Of a stretch of DNA of 64,000 nt, positions 14,893 through 26,736 are shown piece by piece (within the stretch, counting starts at the first letter, position 1; each line of letters begins with the position of its first letter). The translations under genes and the position numbers were made by a program. This DNA comes from Geosiphon pyriformis uo1 (Eukaryota > Fungi > Glomeromycota), in the NCBI GenBank assembly GCA_016748015.1, contig JAAOMT010000660.1, positions 1-64,000 of the forward strand, written 5' to 3'. The notes under the pieces are model-generated. The model searched no databases and had not been told where the DNA came from. It saw nothing but the letters and a program-made list of their open reading frames with translations.

Positions 14893-15345
14893 AATTTTCA
14901 TATTCAAATATATTTAAGTGAATTGATTTGGAATTTTTTTTACTTTAAGCAATTAATTTTTTTTGATCAGATATAATTCATTTATACTTTTCAAATTACA
15001 TGTAGTATTTTACCAGTTTCAATCGACAATATGAATCTACTAAGATTGCGTTTGGTTTAATCATTTTTGGTAAGTTTTGTGATGGTAAAAATGGAAACAG
15101 AATATTAGGTAAGTGGCTGAGCTCTAAAAATATTTTCTCGCGTATTAACTAATAGTTTTTTTTAAAACTTTTCTTTGAAATGCCGACTTCAAAGCAAGAA
15201 ACGCAACGGAACGGCAAGTCGTATTACATTTTTGGAAGCAAGGAATACGTAATGCGAAAGAAATACAGAATAAAACGAATATACCCCTTTCTACTATATA
15301 TAATATCCTCGAAAAACTCAAAAAAAAGGAACAAAAAAGCATGCG
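14893..15345 (+). mobile_element. 5' fragment of the Tc1-like element
   Basis: Reverse complement of about 29630-29992. Includes the start MPTSKQETQRNGK at 15180. Confidence 0.8.
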
Positions 15346-15399
15346 AGTCAAGATATATTATTTAATATGAAAATATCATTATTTTCCAATAAATATATA

Positions 15400-16055
15400 C
15401 AATTCTAAGATGTAATCAATAATGTGTAATACATGTAATACTAAACTTAATTGCACCAGAAAAAACAAGTTTAATGAATAATCTCAAAAACCAATAAAAA
15501 AATTCTAAATGGAAATTATGTTAGAATTGCAAAATTTTTAAACAATTGACAAGATAAAGGTTGAATTTTAATGAAATTTTTAAATTTTCTTGGTAACTTT
15601 TGTTTTATTAGCAAATATTAAAAAACAATTTTTTTCAATAAATTAGAAATTTAAATTTAAATTGAGAATCTTGAGACAAAAAAACGCTTACATCCACTGG
15701 AGCTTTTGATACAACCATCGGATTGAATGACGTCTGGACAGTTTTCGCGCCAGAAAATTTTCCAGATAATCTGTTTTTGGTATAAAAGATTTAAAGCAAG
15801 GAAAAAATGGGTGATGATTCATCAAAAAAAGAAACTCAAAATGGTGGTGAATGATTCGTCAAAATTATAATAATATCTTAATAATTTCGATAATAAGTAA
15901 TTATTTTTTTTGTTTTAAGAAATAAATAATATTTTAATCGATTCTAATTAATATAATGCTTAATAGTCACATAATTATATCTCTTAAATTATAAAACGAC
16001 TTTGAATTTTAAAAAAATTTCAAAGATTTTATTTATTAATAAAAACTTGTAATCT
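15400..16055 (-). repeat. Inverted copy of 1878-2540, including a second cupredoxin exon-2 fragment at about 15645-15862
   Basis: Reverse-complement identity by direct comparison. Confidence 0.85.
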
Positions 16056-16471
16056 NNNNNNNNNNNNNNNNNNNNNNNNNNNNNNNNNNNNNNNNNNNNN
16101 NNNNNNNNNNNNNNNNNNNNNNNNNNNNNNNNNNNNNNNNNNNNNNNNNNNNNNNNNNNNNNNNNNNNNNNNNNNNNNNNNNNNNNNNNNNNNNNNNNNN
16201 NNNNNNNNNNNNNNNNNNNNNNNNNNNNNNNNNNNNNNNNNNNNNNNNNNNNNNNNNNNNNNNNNNNNNNNNNNNNNNNNNNNNNNNNNNNNNNNNNNNN
16301 NNNNNNNNNNNNNNNNNNNNNNNNNNNNNNNNNNNNNNNNNNNNNNNNNNNNNNNNNNNNNNNNNNNNNNNNNNNNNNNNNNNNNNNNNNNNNNNNNNNN
16401 NNNNNNNNNNNNNNNNNNNNNNNNNNNNNNNNNNNNNNNNNNNNNNNNNNNNNNNNNNNNNNNNNNNNNNN

Positions 16472-18700
16472 NTTTTTGATTTTGAATAAAAATGGCCTTG
16501 TGTTAATCTAAGCGTTGGCATATTAATTTCGGGTTTTCGTGATATGTAAATGATTTTTTGTCAAGATCTTATGAAATCTATGGAAGCCCGTTTTTGAATT
16601 CATTATTATCATTAAATATCAAGAGCTGATTTTAAAAGGATGGCCGAAAATCATATGCTCTTTACGCATTCACCCTGATACGTAATTTGTAATGTGATGC
16701 TGACAATATAATAGTATTGCAAAAAAAAACTAAAAGAGAGAAATGCCAGCGTGATGCTGAAACACTGATACTTCCAAACATTAGATCAGACCTTGTAATT
16801 AAAGAAAGAAAGAAGAAACATCTATTCTACTTAAGTAATATCGTTTATTATTATCATATATAAAATTGATTTGAAACCTTTTAATGTTTGGAGGTGTTTT
16901 TCGGCTATGAAATATGACACCATTTTTTTTATGCTGCGACCATTTAATTTTTTATTTTTTCAGCAGCGAGATAAATATGGACGCCCATGACTGACCCTGC
17001 TATGACCATTTACATTGTTCTCTTATTTGTCTCATGGTTTAAGTGATGTGAATTTTATTTCCCATACTGATCGAATTAACCATTTTAGGATAAACGAGCC
17101 AAAAAAAAAAGTCATGAGGATCTGCATAGTAAAATTTTCGAAATATGAAAACACGTTTAATGATGACATAGTAAAAACTCTGGAGGTTATCTTCAAATCA
17201 ATTATACTAAAAAGTCTAGTTACTCCCACCCTTGTATTCATGTATTCGTGTGAAATACAAACGCGTAGTTTTTAATAAATGATCTAATGTCAAAATCAAC
17301 AAATTAGAAGCAATTTAATATATAAAGAGGTGTTCTTTGCCATTCAAACAAATTTTATCCTATATAGGACTAATACTATCAAGGAGAAAGGTAATATTGT
17401 TATGTTTAATGTGATTTACTCTTGCCATTTGCTTATTTAGGGCGAACCCACTATCGGCTCCTAATGACAAATTACTGGCGTCCACCAATTCATGAACATA
17501 AACACCAATAACCAGTATGAAAATACTGGTGTCCACTAACTCATTTACATAAACAGGACGAAACTACCGGTGTCCACCAACTCATGAACATAACCAGGAC
17601 AAAATTACTGACGTCCACCAACTCACGAACATAAACACCAATAACCAGTATGAAAATACTGGTGTCCACTAACTCACTTACATAAACACCAATAACCAGT
17701 ATGAAAATACTGGTGTCCACTAACTCACTTACATAAACAGGATGAAACTATCGGCGTCCACCAACTTACGAACATAACCAGGACGAAATTACCGGCGTCC
17801 ACCAACTCACGAACATAAGCACCTATAACCAAGATGAATTACCGGCGTCTACCAACTTACGAACATAACCAGGATGAAATTACCGGAGTCCACCAACTCA
17901 CGAACATAAACACCTATAACAAGGACAAAATTACCGGTGTCCACCAACTCACGAACATAAACACCTATAACCAGGATGAAATAACCGGCGCTCACTAACT
18001 CACGAACATAAACACCGATAACCAGGACGAAATTACCGACGTCCACCAACTCACGAACGTAACCAGGACAAAATTACCGGCGTCCACCAACTCACGAACA
18101 TAACCACCTATAACAAGGACCAAATTACCGGCGTTCACCAACTCACGAATATAAACACCGATAACCAGGACGAAATTACTGGCGTCCACCAACTCACGAA
18201 CATTAACACTGATAACCAGTACAAAGGAACACCAACAACATAACAATATCGAATAAACGAATAAACGAATAACGAAAAAGGAATAAATCATTGATCACCA
18301 AATAACTGAAATTAAATTTCAGGGTTAGGTGGTGAGGAATTGATGATTGTTAGTCTGTTATCCATGCCTTTTGCAGGAGTGGGTGGGGATAGTTTAGAAG
18401 TAAGAGGGCATAACCCAGCGTGGTTACCGAGGCATTTGTGATGATTGACTAGCGAGTGACAGGTATTACTTTTGTAATACTAAGGGAGTTATTAGAATCT
18501 TCTTTGCTAAGATTCTTAATACCCTTGTATGTTGAAGCTCGCCATATTTGTCAATTATCTTTTCTATATCCATCTAGTCTATATAGGAATAAAACTTTAT
18601 CAGTATATAACAAAGTTATCAGGGAAGGGTTTTTACAATGCCAAAATGGTTCACCCGTTGCCAATTTGATTAACTTTTGTTATTTGCTGTTTATCGTTTA
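16472..18700 (+). repeat. Longest ungapped composite repeat copy, with minisatellite at about 17465-18235
   Basis: Contains the downstream blocks contiguously. Its array differs in unit order from the other copies. Confidence 0.9.
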
Positions 18701-19506
18701 AGCCTATCGAAATTTAACTCAGGAATTTGAAATGATCGATATAGACTATGTAAGAAACTTAATGTATAATAAAATTATATAATCAATACAAGTATTTTTA
18801 AATAAATAATAAAAAAATGGATAAAATACTTTTTTACTGTATAAAGATATTAATTTGATCTAGTACTAAAAAAAATGATCACGTTCGGTCTACTTTTTTT
18901 TGAAACTTTTTAATAAAATATTTAAACAAGTTTTTTGATAAAAATTGGGTTAACTGCCATAAATTTACATTCTGCATTATTCCGCTTTCTCAATTTATTT
19001 GTTTGATGAATGAGTCATTTGTGCTCGCTTTTTAAGATGAAATTTGTTTTGAAAGTCAAAAAGATATTAAGATTCGCATCCTGCCACTAACAAAAAAAAG
19101 TCTGCCTAATCCGAATTTTTATGATTTTCTTTGCTGTAGTAAAAATACTACAAATCCCCTGCTGTTGTCACTTTAGCTTAATATTTCTGTTTTTTTTTTT
19201 CATTCAATTGGTATTATATGAAGCTTAGGCATAACATGAGAACTTTTTGATGTTTTCAATCGAACGAATCAATTTGTAAGCGAGTACAAAGTTCCATGGA
19301 GAAATGGAATCACATGGTAATTAAACTAAATGGAAGAAAATATAAATGCAAGATCTTGAGCTTTGGCATCGAAAGTTGGATCAAAAGAGTGAGGAAAACT
19401 TATGAAAAGAGATCAGAATCTTTAGCATTTTTACAAAACAAAAACCAGATCTTAACAATAATAGTATTCGTCAAAAAATTTCTATCTTTTCAATTTTTAC
19501 TACAAC

Positions 19507-19810
19507 ATGCTAAAAAACAAACAAACCATTGTTTCATTAATTTTGACCATTGTTACCAGTTTCGATTTATTCGTCAATCCTGCTTGGCTCCTAAAAGAGA
19601 TAGATCTCTCATGCCTAAAGATGCACAAATCAAATATATACCAAAGAAACACGAAATTTATGGCACCCATGAGCATACTGGGGCTATTAAGTGAGGGGTT
19701 TCAAAGAGTAACGAAGAAGAACTTGGTTTCCATCAACACACAGGCATGGTGACTGATTTCTTAAAGAGACATGAAGGAAACGGTCCTCATCGACAACTCC
19801 CTGATTTCTT
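19507..19810 (+). pseudogene. Frameshifted paralogue of the His/Met-rich repeat precursor at 39312-40343
   Basis: Across three frames: MLKNKQTIVSLILTIVTSFDLFVN, KRDRSLMPKDAQIKYIPKKHEIYGTHEHTG and HQHTGMVTDFLKRHEGNGPH. These align to MLNNKQNIILSILAAVTGLGLFVN, ERDGSLMPKGVEMRRLPKRHEGHGTHEHTG and QHTGMMTGFLKRHEGQGSH. The upstream region is also similar. Confidence 0.9.
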
Positions 19811-19845
19811 GATAAAGTGCACCAAGAATTATAAAACATGGTTAA

Positions 19846-20155
19846 TTCTCAGGTGATGAAACTTATTTTAATCCTGGTTTACGAGCTTGTGGTCGAAAAA
19901 TTTCAGATAGCAATTTAGAGATTGTGATTTTAAGTTTATCAAGGATTTGAAATTTATCTTTGATATATAAAATGGGGAGATCAAAATTAATGTTTTACAG
20001 AATAAACCACAATGGAGTAACGTATCCAATCTCTAATAATAATAATTCAAAAGGAAGCGTGGTGACTACAATTTTAGATTCTGTAAATTTTTAAGATTTT
20101 TAATTTCATTTACGTCTCTCGTGACCAAATTGCTGGTCGTGTCCGTATTACATGA
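19846..20155 (+). pseudogene. RlpA-like double-psi beta-barrel (loosenin/expansin-like) relic
   Basis: Fragments FSGDETYFNPGLRACGRKISDSNLEIVILS, NKPQWSNVSN, KGSVVTTILDS and DQIAGRVRIT* resemble the fungal DPBB consensus (SGDGTYY-PGLGACG...SV-V-IVD-C...GR--I-W). Stops and deletions are present. Confidence 0.72.
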
Positions 20156-21017
20156 GATTATTTTCCCGAGCATGAGGGGAAAACACATCTTCATCACTAT
20201 TATTATTATTATTATTATTTTATTATTATGTGTTCTTTGCATAGTAGATTAATATCAAACTTCACTTCTTTCGTTGAATTTTTTGATAGCATATATAAAT
20301 TTTTATGATATGTCTTCACGTTAATTCCGAAAATGTATTGGGAAAGATTTTGATTTTGAAAAAAAATGGCTTCATTTTAATCTAAGCGTTGACATATTAA
20401 TTTCGGGTTTTCGTAATATGTAAATAATTTTTTGGTTATCACGCAAGAACATCAATTATCATATGAATATGGGCATTTAAAATTTCTACTTAAAAAAATT
20501 TATTTCCTATTTAATGCAATACCCAGATTTATTCATGCCCGGTTCAAAAATGTTTTCTGATAATATAAGGTTTACGAGTTGTATTTAGACAAAATATTGA
20601 TAGTAACGTTGCCTGAATTTTTATTATAATGAATTTATTCCTTTATTTTGTTGTCACGATCTTGTGAAATCTATGAAAGTACATTTTTGACTTATGAACT
20701 TTAAAAAAAAACTTTAGATATAGTTAGATATGAAATAGTATTACACGTACCAAAAATCAATATAATGAGCTATTTTTGCTAACGGCAGTATCTCAATATT
20801 GTGTCTCACATTATTAGAATTGGGTATTATCTAAATTAAATAAATTATCGATCAAAGACCTTTTTTTATGTTGGTCAATTAAAGGTTCAAAAGAATAAAA
20901 TTAACCAATATTAGAATTTATTAATACCTAAAATTTACCGAGTACATAATATATTTATTTTAAAAAAAAAATCATCTATTAACATACTATTTTATCATAA
21001 ATTAAGATTTTAAGATT

Positions 21018-21950
21018 TTAAAAAGAATTGATTGAAATCACGCTCCAGATTAAAGCAACTAATAATCCAAAAGATCCGGTGGTAAAGTAAATAGCATTAG
21101 CGGAGCTTTTAGTGGAATTAGTTGAGTTAGTTGAATTTTGACTGCTAGTAGTCTTATTGGTATCACTTGTAGAAGAATTATCAGATGTACTACTAGTTGT
21201 AGAATTACTTTTCTCAGTCGAATTGGCAGATGTACTATTTGTAGAATTATTTTTCTCAGTCGAATTTCCAGGTGTACTAGTTGTAGAATTACTTTTCTCA
21301 GTCGAATTACCAGGTGTACTAGTTGTAGAATTACTTTTCCCAGTCGATTCAACGATTTTGATAACACCTTTCATGCCTGAAGCACAATGATTTGCAACAT
21401 TACAGAAATAGTATATAGTAGTGGATGGTTTAACATTTTCTGTGACTTCCCAGCTGAATCCATCCGATTTTAATGGGAGGCCAGAATCAACTAATAATAG
21501 AAAATAAAATTTGAAACATAATTAGAGATTTAAATTTAAATTGAGAAGCCCGAGAAAAAAAGACGCTTACATCCACTGGAGCTTTTAGTACAACTATCGC
21601 TATCGGATTGAATAACGTCATGGGGAAATTTTGAGTCAGGAGAAACTTTCCAGATAATCTGTTTTGTGAAGAAAAAAATATTTAAAGCAAGTGAAAAAAT
21701 TGTGAATTATTCGTCAAAAAAGAGAAGCTCAAAATGATGGTGAATGATTGGTCAAAAATAAATAAATAAAAAGAAGCTCAAAATTCATTGAATCTCAGAT
21801 TTAGCATACTTTATCACCAACAGCGGCTTCTACAGTTGATGGGGTGAAGGTCAAAGCGTTTTTAGCACCAATAACGATATTAATATCAGCCGCATGAGCA
21901 GCCACGAAGATTGTGGTTAATGCTATTAAGAGTTTTGAAAAACCTGTCAT
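21018..21950 (-). CDS. Secreted, probably GPI-anchored cupredoxin (phytocyanin-like) with a Ser/Thr/Asn stalk (about 233 aa)
   Basis: Exons 21950-21810, 21658-21571 and 21490-21018. Signal MTGFSKLLIALTTIFVAAHA, then LTFTPSTVEAAVGDKIIW, PHDVIQSD and YYFCNVANHCASGMKGVI (H...C-x4-H-x4-M). STEKSNSTTS-type repeats and a hydrophobic C-terminus after SSA. Confidence 0.92.
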
Positions 21951-23533
21951 GATTTACGTTTTATTGATAAATTTGAAATTTGATTAAAGAGTTTAAAATT
22001 GTATTTATTAAATTTTTTGATGAAATGAAAGTTTTCCTTTAAACCTCACCATCCGACACCCAACCTATTTATAAGAGTTTCTTTTATTATAAGAATTAAC
22101 TTTCACAAATACCATTTAAAATCAAAAGTTCACACTCGATTACCACAAACTCCTCAATAAAGTAACGATAGAAGCAAAGATCATGTAAAACAATAGAATT
22201 AGGGAATATTCTAGCTCGTTTTATCATTAATTCAAACTCTTTAAAAATTTTCCCTAATTATAAATAACCTAAAAAAGTGAAATCACTCACTCATAAAAAA
22301 AAAACCCTGTATTATTTGAATTTAATTTTAATTTTAATTTTAATTTTGTATAATATTTAAAATTTCGGAAATTGATATTTATTATGGTGGGGTTTCACAT
22401 AATAAAAGGGAATTACAATATAAGAATGAGATTGTAAAACAAGGACAATTGCAAATTGCAAATTATAATTGCAGATGAAGCAGGGTTCCAAAAATTACGG
22501 TCAAATTTGAGTCAATTTTTCCTTTTATGGAAAAGATTTCATTATCGCTAATCTTAATTGTGTTTGTGTTTGGTGTGTTCATATTTCGATGCATTTTCGG
22601 CGTTTCTGCATATGATGAGGAGTCTAAGGGATTCAGGGTTAAAATTACTAGCACGTTTTAATGTCCTTTTCAAATATTGAAGGTACAAAATAATTTAATT
22701 GTACACTTGAAAGCGATAATTCGATACCTGAGATTTTAAGTTCTATATTGTCTTTGATTTTGGAAAATTAAAATCACAACTGGTAACAAATTGCAGATAA
22801 CAGTAAAATTTGTAAGCAAATATTGAGAGTAAATTTTATTTGACGATAATTAAAGACAAAAACTTTGATCATTTCCAAAAGTTATTAAATCCGAAACTAA
22901 AGAAAACTGTTATAGAACAAACATTTAATTTAATAAATATATTTAGCATGTTAATTTCGGGATTACTTTTAATCAAATTTTTTTTTTCTCTCAGGATTTA
23001 CAGATAGTTCAAGTCACCATTGACATGAAAAAATTAAAATTATAAATTATAATTTTTGTGGAAAAGGAAAATAAATTTTTAATGCTTAATTGATAAACAC
23101 AGTTTGCTTATTGAAGATATAAATTTCTCATTTTGAATTAATAAAAATATTTCATCCTTTTCGAAATTCAATGATGAATAGTTTTCAAAAAAAAAAAAAA
23201 AAAGTTTGAAACTGAATTGAACATAGAAATTAAATCGATAAGTTTTCATTTATGGGAAAAAGAAACCCTGTTATAAAATTTATCCTCACTTTAACATGTA
23301 AGATCCTTTGAATTTAAATACATTCAATATTTTCAAAACCAATCCCTAAATAATAGTTGATTAATATGATAATTTTTCTTTTTTAAAGAAATACTAAATA
23401 TTCTCTTAGCTCCTCTATATTTTTCTATGTATATTTCATTTTAACTTTGATTTAAAATATTTTTAAAGCTTCCATTATCAATCTTATTTTCAACTCATTA
23501 TTGCTAGGTTATTTAATTTTTAGGTGTTAAATC

Positions 23534-24112
23534 TCAAAAAGGCTGTTGATTTAGGGCAGTAGAATCAGGACGAAATTGTAACATGAAGGGTCGAATTTGT
23601 CCATCAGGACTTACCAAAACGAATTGATTTGGGTTTGATGGATCTGTAATGAGTCGGTCGGTAGATGATGCAGGGCTACTAGGAATCATTATTGGTCCCC
23701 CAATCAATAAATCCTTTGCAGTATCTCCTGGCTTGGAAATAAAGAATTGGTTTTGTTCATTCGAAGGTGGTAAAATGTTTCCAGTATTATCACCTGTAGC
23801 TAATGCAAGGTTAAAACCATTTCCAGAGTTGACTTTAAATTTGTAATTATCGTTCGATAATTTTTCATTTCTTTGGTCACCAAAATTAATCATAAACCCA
23901 CTATTGTCATTTGAATTATCTGATGATGTAATATGTTGGAAAAAGTTGTTTAGATCATCACGCTTGGTGATTTTGCTATTTTTAATAGGAACGGCTTCGA
24001 CATTTGTTAGATTGATTAGTATTCCTAAAGCAACCGTAATGATAAAAATTGTGAAGAAAATTTTTTGTCGTTTTGAGGTAAACCAGTTTAATTGAAGATT
24101 TGATATATTCAT
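23534..24112 (-). CDS. Orphan secreted low-complexity protein (192 aa)
   Basis: Hydrophobic leader, then VEA|VPIKNSKITKR. The body is N/D/S/P-rich with no Cys. Confidence 0.8.
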   Translation of the reverse strand: MNISNLQLNWFTSKRQKIFFTIFIITVALGILINLTNVEAVPIKNSKITKRDDLNNFFQHITSSDNSNDNSGFMINFGDQRNEKLSNDNYKFKVNSGNGFNLALATGDNTGNILPPSNEQNQFFISKPGDTAKDLLIGGPIMIPSSPASSTDRLITDPSNPNQFVLVSPDGQIRPFMLQFRPDSTALNQQPF

Positions 24113-25449
24113 GTTTTTGAAAGAATAAATTGAATATTGAAAAGTTTTATATGCTTATAAAATGTGTTTACGTTTTTCTGATCTCTTGAAAAGTTTTAAG
24201 CAATAAAAATATTCTTTTTATACATTTTCGTAATCAAAAATTGAACAGTCTTTACCCACTTCCCTCTCCTCATTTTAGAATAATAAACATGTATATGCAC
24301 AATGAAAATTTCAATAGAATCTCAAAAAGTTAGCTTCGGTGCAAAGAAAATATAATAATTTTTCCTGCATCATCATCAAAAATTATCTATCTCGGAAAAA
24401 TTCTTAATCTACAATTTTCCTATCAGGAAATAATTATCAATAGGAGTGCTGATTTATATTTTCCTCTTGTCGCAATAAATTAAGAAAAGCGTTTTGGATA
24501 ATAAATTTGATAAGAAAAATAATTGAGTTGACTATTTTCAACAATAATAAATGATTAAGATCGGTTTTTTTTAATACTCTATACACATAAATTATTGACA
24601 ACTCCATAATGATTAGAAATCAAAAAGAAATTTTTATTCGAGTAATAAGTTGAGAATAACTGAACTCAAAGTTTTTCAGTATTCCGTATTTACCGAAAAA
24701 TTGAAAAAGCAAAAAAATAATAATTAAAACCTTGTTTTAAATTTTTAAAATACAATACATTAAAAAATGTTTCAGAAGAATGTAATCACAAGAAACATGT
24801 TATATGAACGGTGTTTCGTAAAGATTGATTAATAATAAATTTGTTACAATATTTTTACTATTTATTTTTGTTTGTTTGGTATATGGTATAGTATAATTCA
24901 GGAAAAATTTTTGAAAAAAACAAAAAAGAAAAACTTTATCTATGTTTAATAGAATGAAAACGAACTGTTATATGATTTGTTTGGACATGTTTAAATATTG
25001 ATTCATTTTAAAATAAATTTAAGATTTGGAATTTTAAATATGAACTCATTGCTAGGTTATAATTTAATTTAATTTGATTTGATTTGAAATTTTTTAAATT
25101 TAAATTATCAAAAGAATCTTTATGAAATTTTTTATACTGTTTATAACTTTTTTCATTGAGAAAATATATAAAAGATTTATTTTTGAACTTTGAAAATTTT
25201 AATTAAATAAAAAATTGTAATAATTATTCATAAATAATAAAATTAAAGAGAAAAAATAATTTTTTTTAGTCCCTTTTTTTGATTTTACTTTAAAGAAAAA
25301 TATATATATATATATATTTGAATTTTAATTATTAAAATAAGTTTTGTTAACAGGACAAACACAATTTTATACAAATAAAACTTAAAATTTTTCACTTTAA
25401 AATTTTACTTCACAATGCTTAATTATAATACTCTTCAAATATATTATCA

Positions 25450-25995
25450 GACCCAATACATTAGATGAAATTATCAGTTCACAAGAGATCATTAATTAAG
25501 ATATTCATATTATTTAGTAATAGCAATTACCTTTATAATTAATTCTCAAAAAAATGAAAGCCCATTAATTAATCCAATGTTAACAGAGATAAAGAACAAT
25601 ATAGTTTTTTTTATTTAAGTATGGCTAAATTTATTATATTAAATGGTTACAGTTTTAGCCTTTGAAATTTAAAGATGAACCGATCTGATTCACAGATATT
25701 AACGTTTATGCGCTTTGAATAATTTCGTATCGATTTTAAGACTTTTATGAAAATAAATTAATTATACGAAAAAATTTTTCACAACAATAACCTTATTCCA
25801 CATAGACTTCAAAAATTTCAAGAATATTTACATTTTATACAAAGTATTGGATTAAAAACTTCTTGATCTTTGTAATTATCAGACTTTTAAGTGTAAAGGA
25901 ATAAAAAAGATTCTCCTGGAAAATATCTCAAAAGACTAATTAAAAAAGAAAACTATTATTAATTGAATTCATTATTTTAGCAATATTCAAAAATT
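25450..25995 (+). pseudogene. Decayed paralogue of lipase-fold genes 2 and 4
   Basis: Collinear relics matching 7030-8210: acattagatgaaattatcagttcacaagagat, aaaaaatgaaagcccattaattaatc, aacaataaccttattccacata, catttt...gtattggattaa, ttcattattttagcaatattcaaa. Contains deletions and frameshifts. Confidence 0.8.
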
Positions 25996-26736
25996 CTCTG
26001 CTTTTAGAAAATTGAAGATCCTAGACTTTATTTGACAAATAAAAATTTCAGTTTTAATAATAAATGATACTATACTCTTAATCTTTTTATAAAAATTTTG
26101 TTATTTATAAGTTTTAAAAATTTTTATTTCATAAAGTCTTACTCATATTGAGTATCAATAAATTTTTAATTAAAGGAATCTTAAGAGATATTTAATTTAT
26201 GTATATATCTTTAGCATTTATTTTTAGATTTTGATACTTTATGAATACATCATGCAATAAATATTTTTAAATTAATCCTTTGAAACAAATTTCAATATAT
26301 ATATATATTTAAATACTATTTTATTAAGATATTCCGATTTTTTAATCCGCGTTCAATTCAATATAAATTCTTTAATTCCTTGTGTATATATATATATTTT
26401 ATTTAATTATTACAATAGTAATAGAAATAAATTTAATCAGTAAACTTCTTGGTACCTATCTTAAAATTTCAAGTTCACTTAATTATGTTAAAATTTTTTC
26501 CTTACTATAAAAATCTAAATAAGATGTTTCCGTTATCAGAAAGAATAAATAAGCCGAAGAGTTGATCCAAGTAAAACGTCATATATGATATCGACATTTA
26601 TGAAAATTAAAAAACTTGGAACTAAAAAGTTTGTGAAGAATCGAAATCCTAATCTCATGGTTATAAATAAAGTAAAAATAATTCAGACAAAATTGTGATT
26701 TCAAAAAATTCTTTCCTTAACTTCTCATTTTCAATA

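Noticed and set aside
11439-18235. CRISPR-like array
   Set aside because: Units are contiguous tandem variants with no unique spacers, there are no cas genes and the context is eukaryotic.
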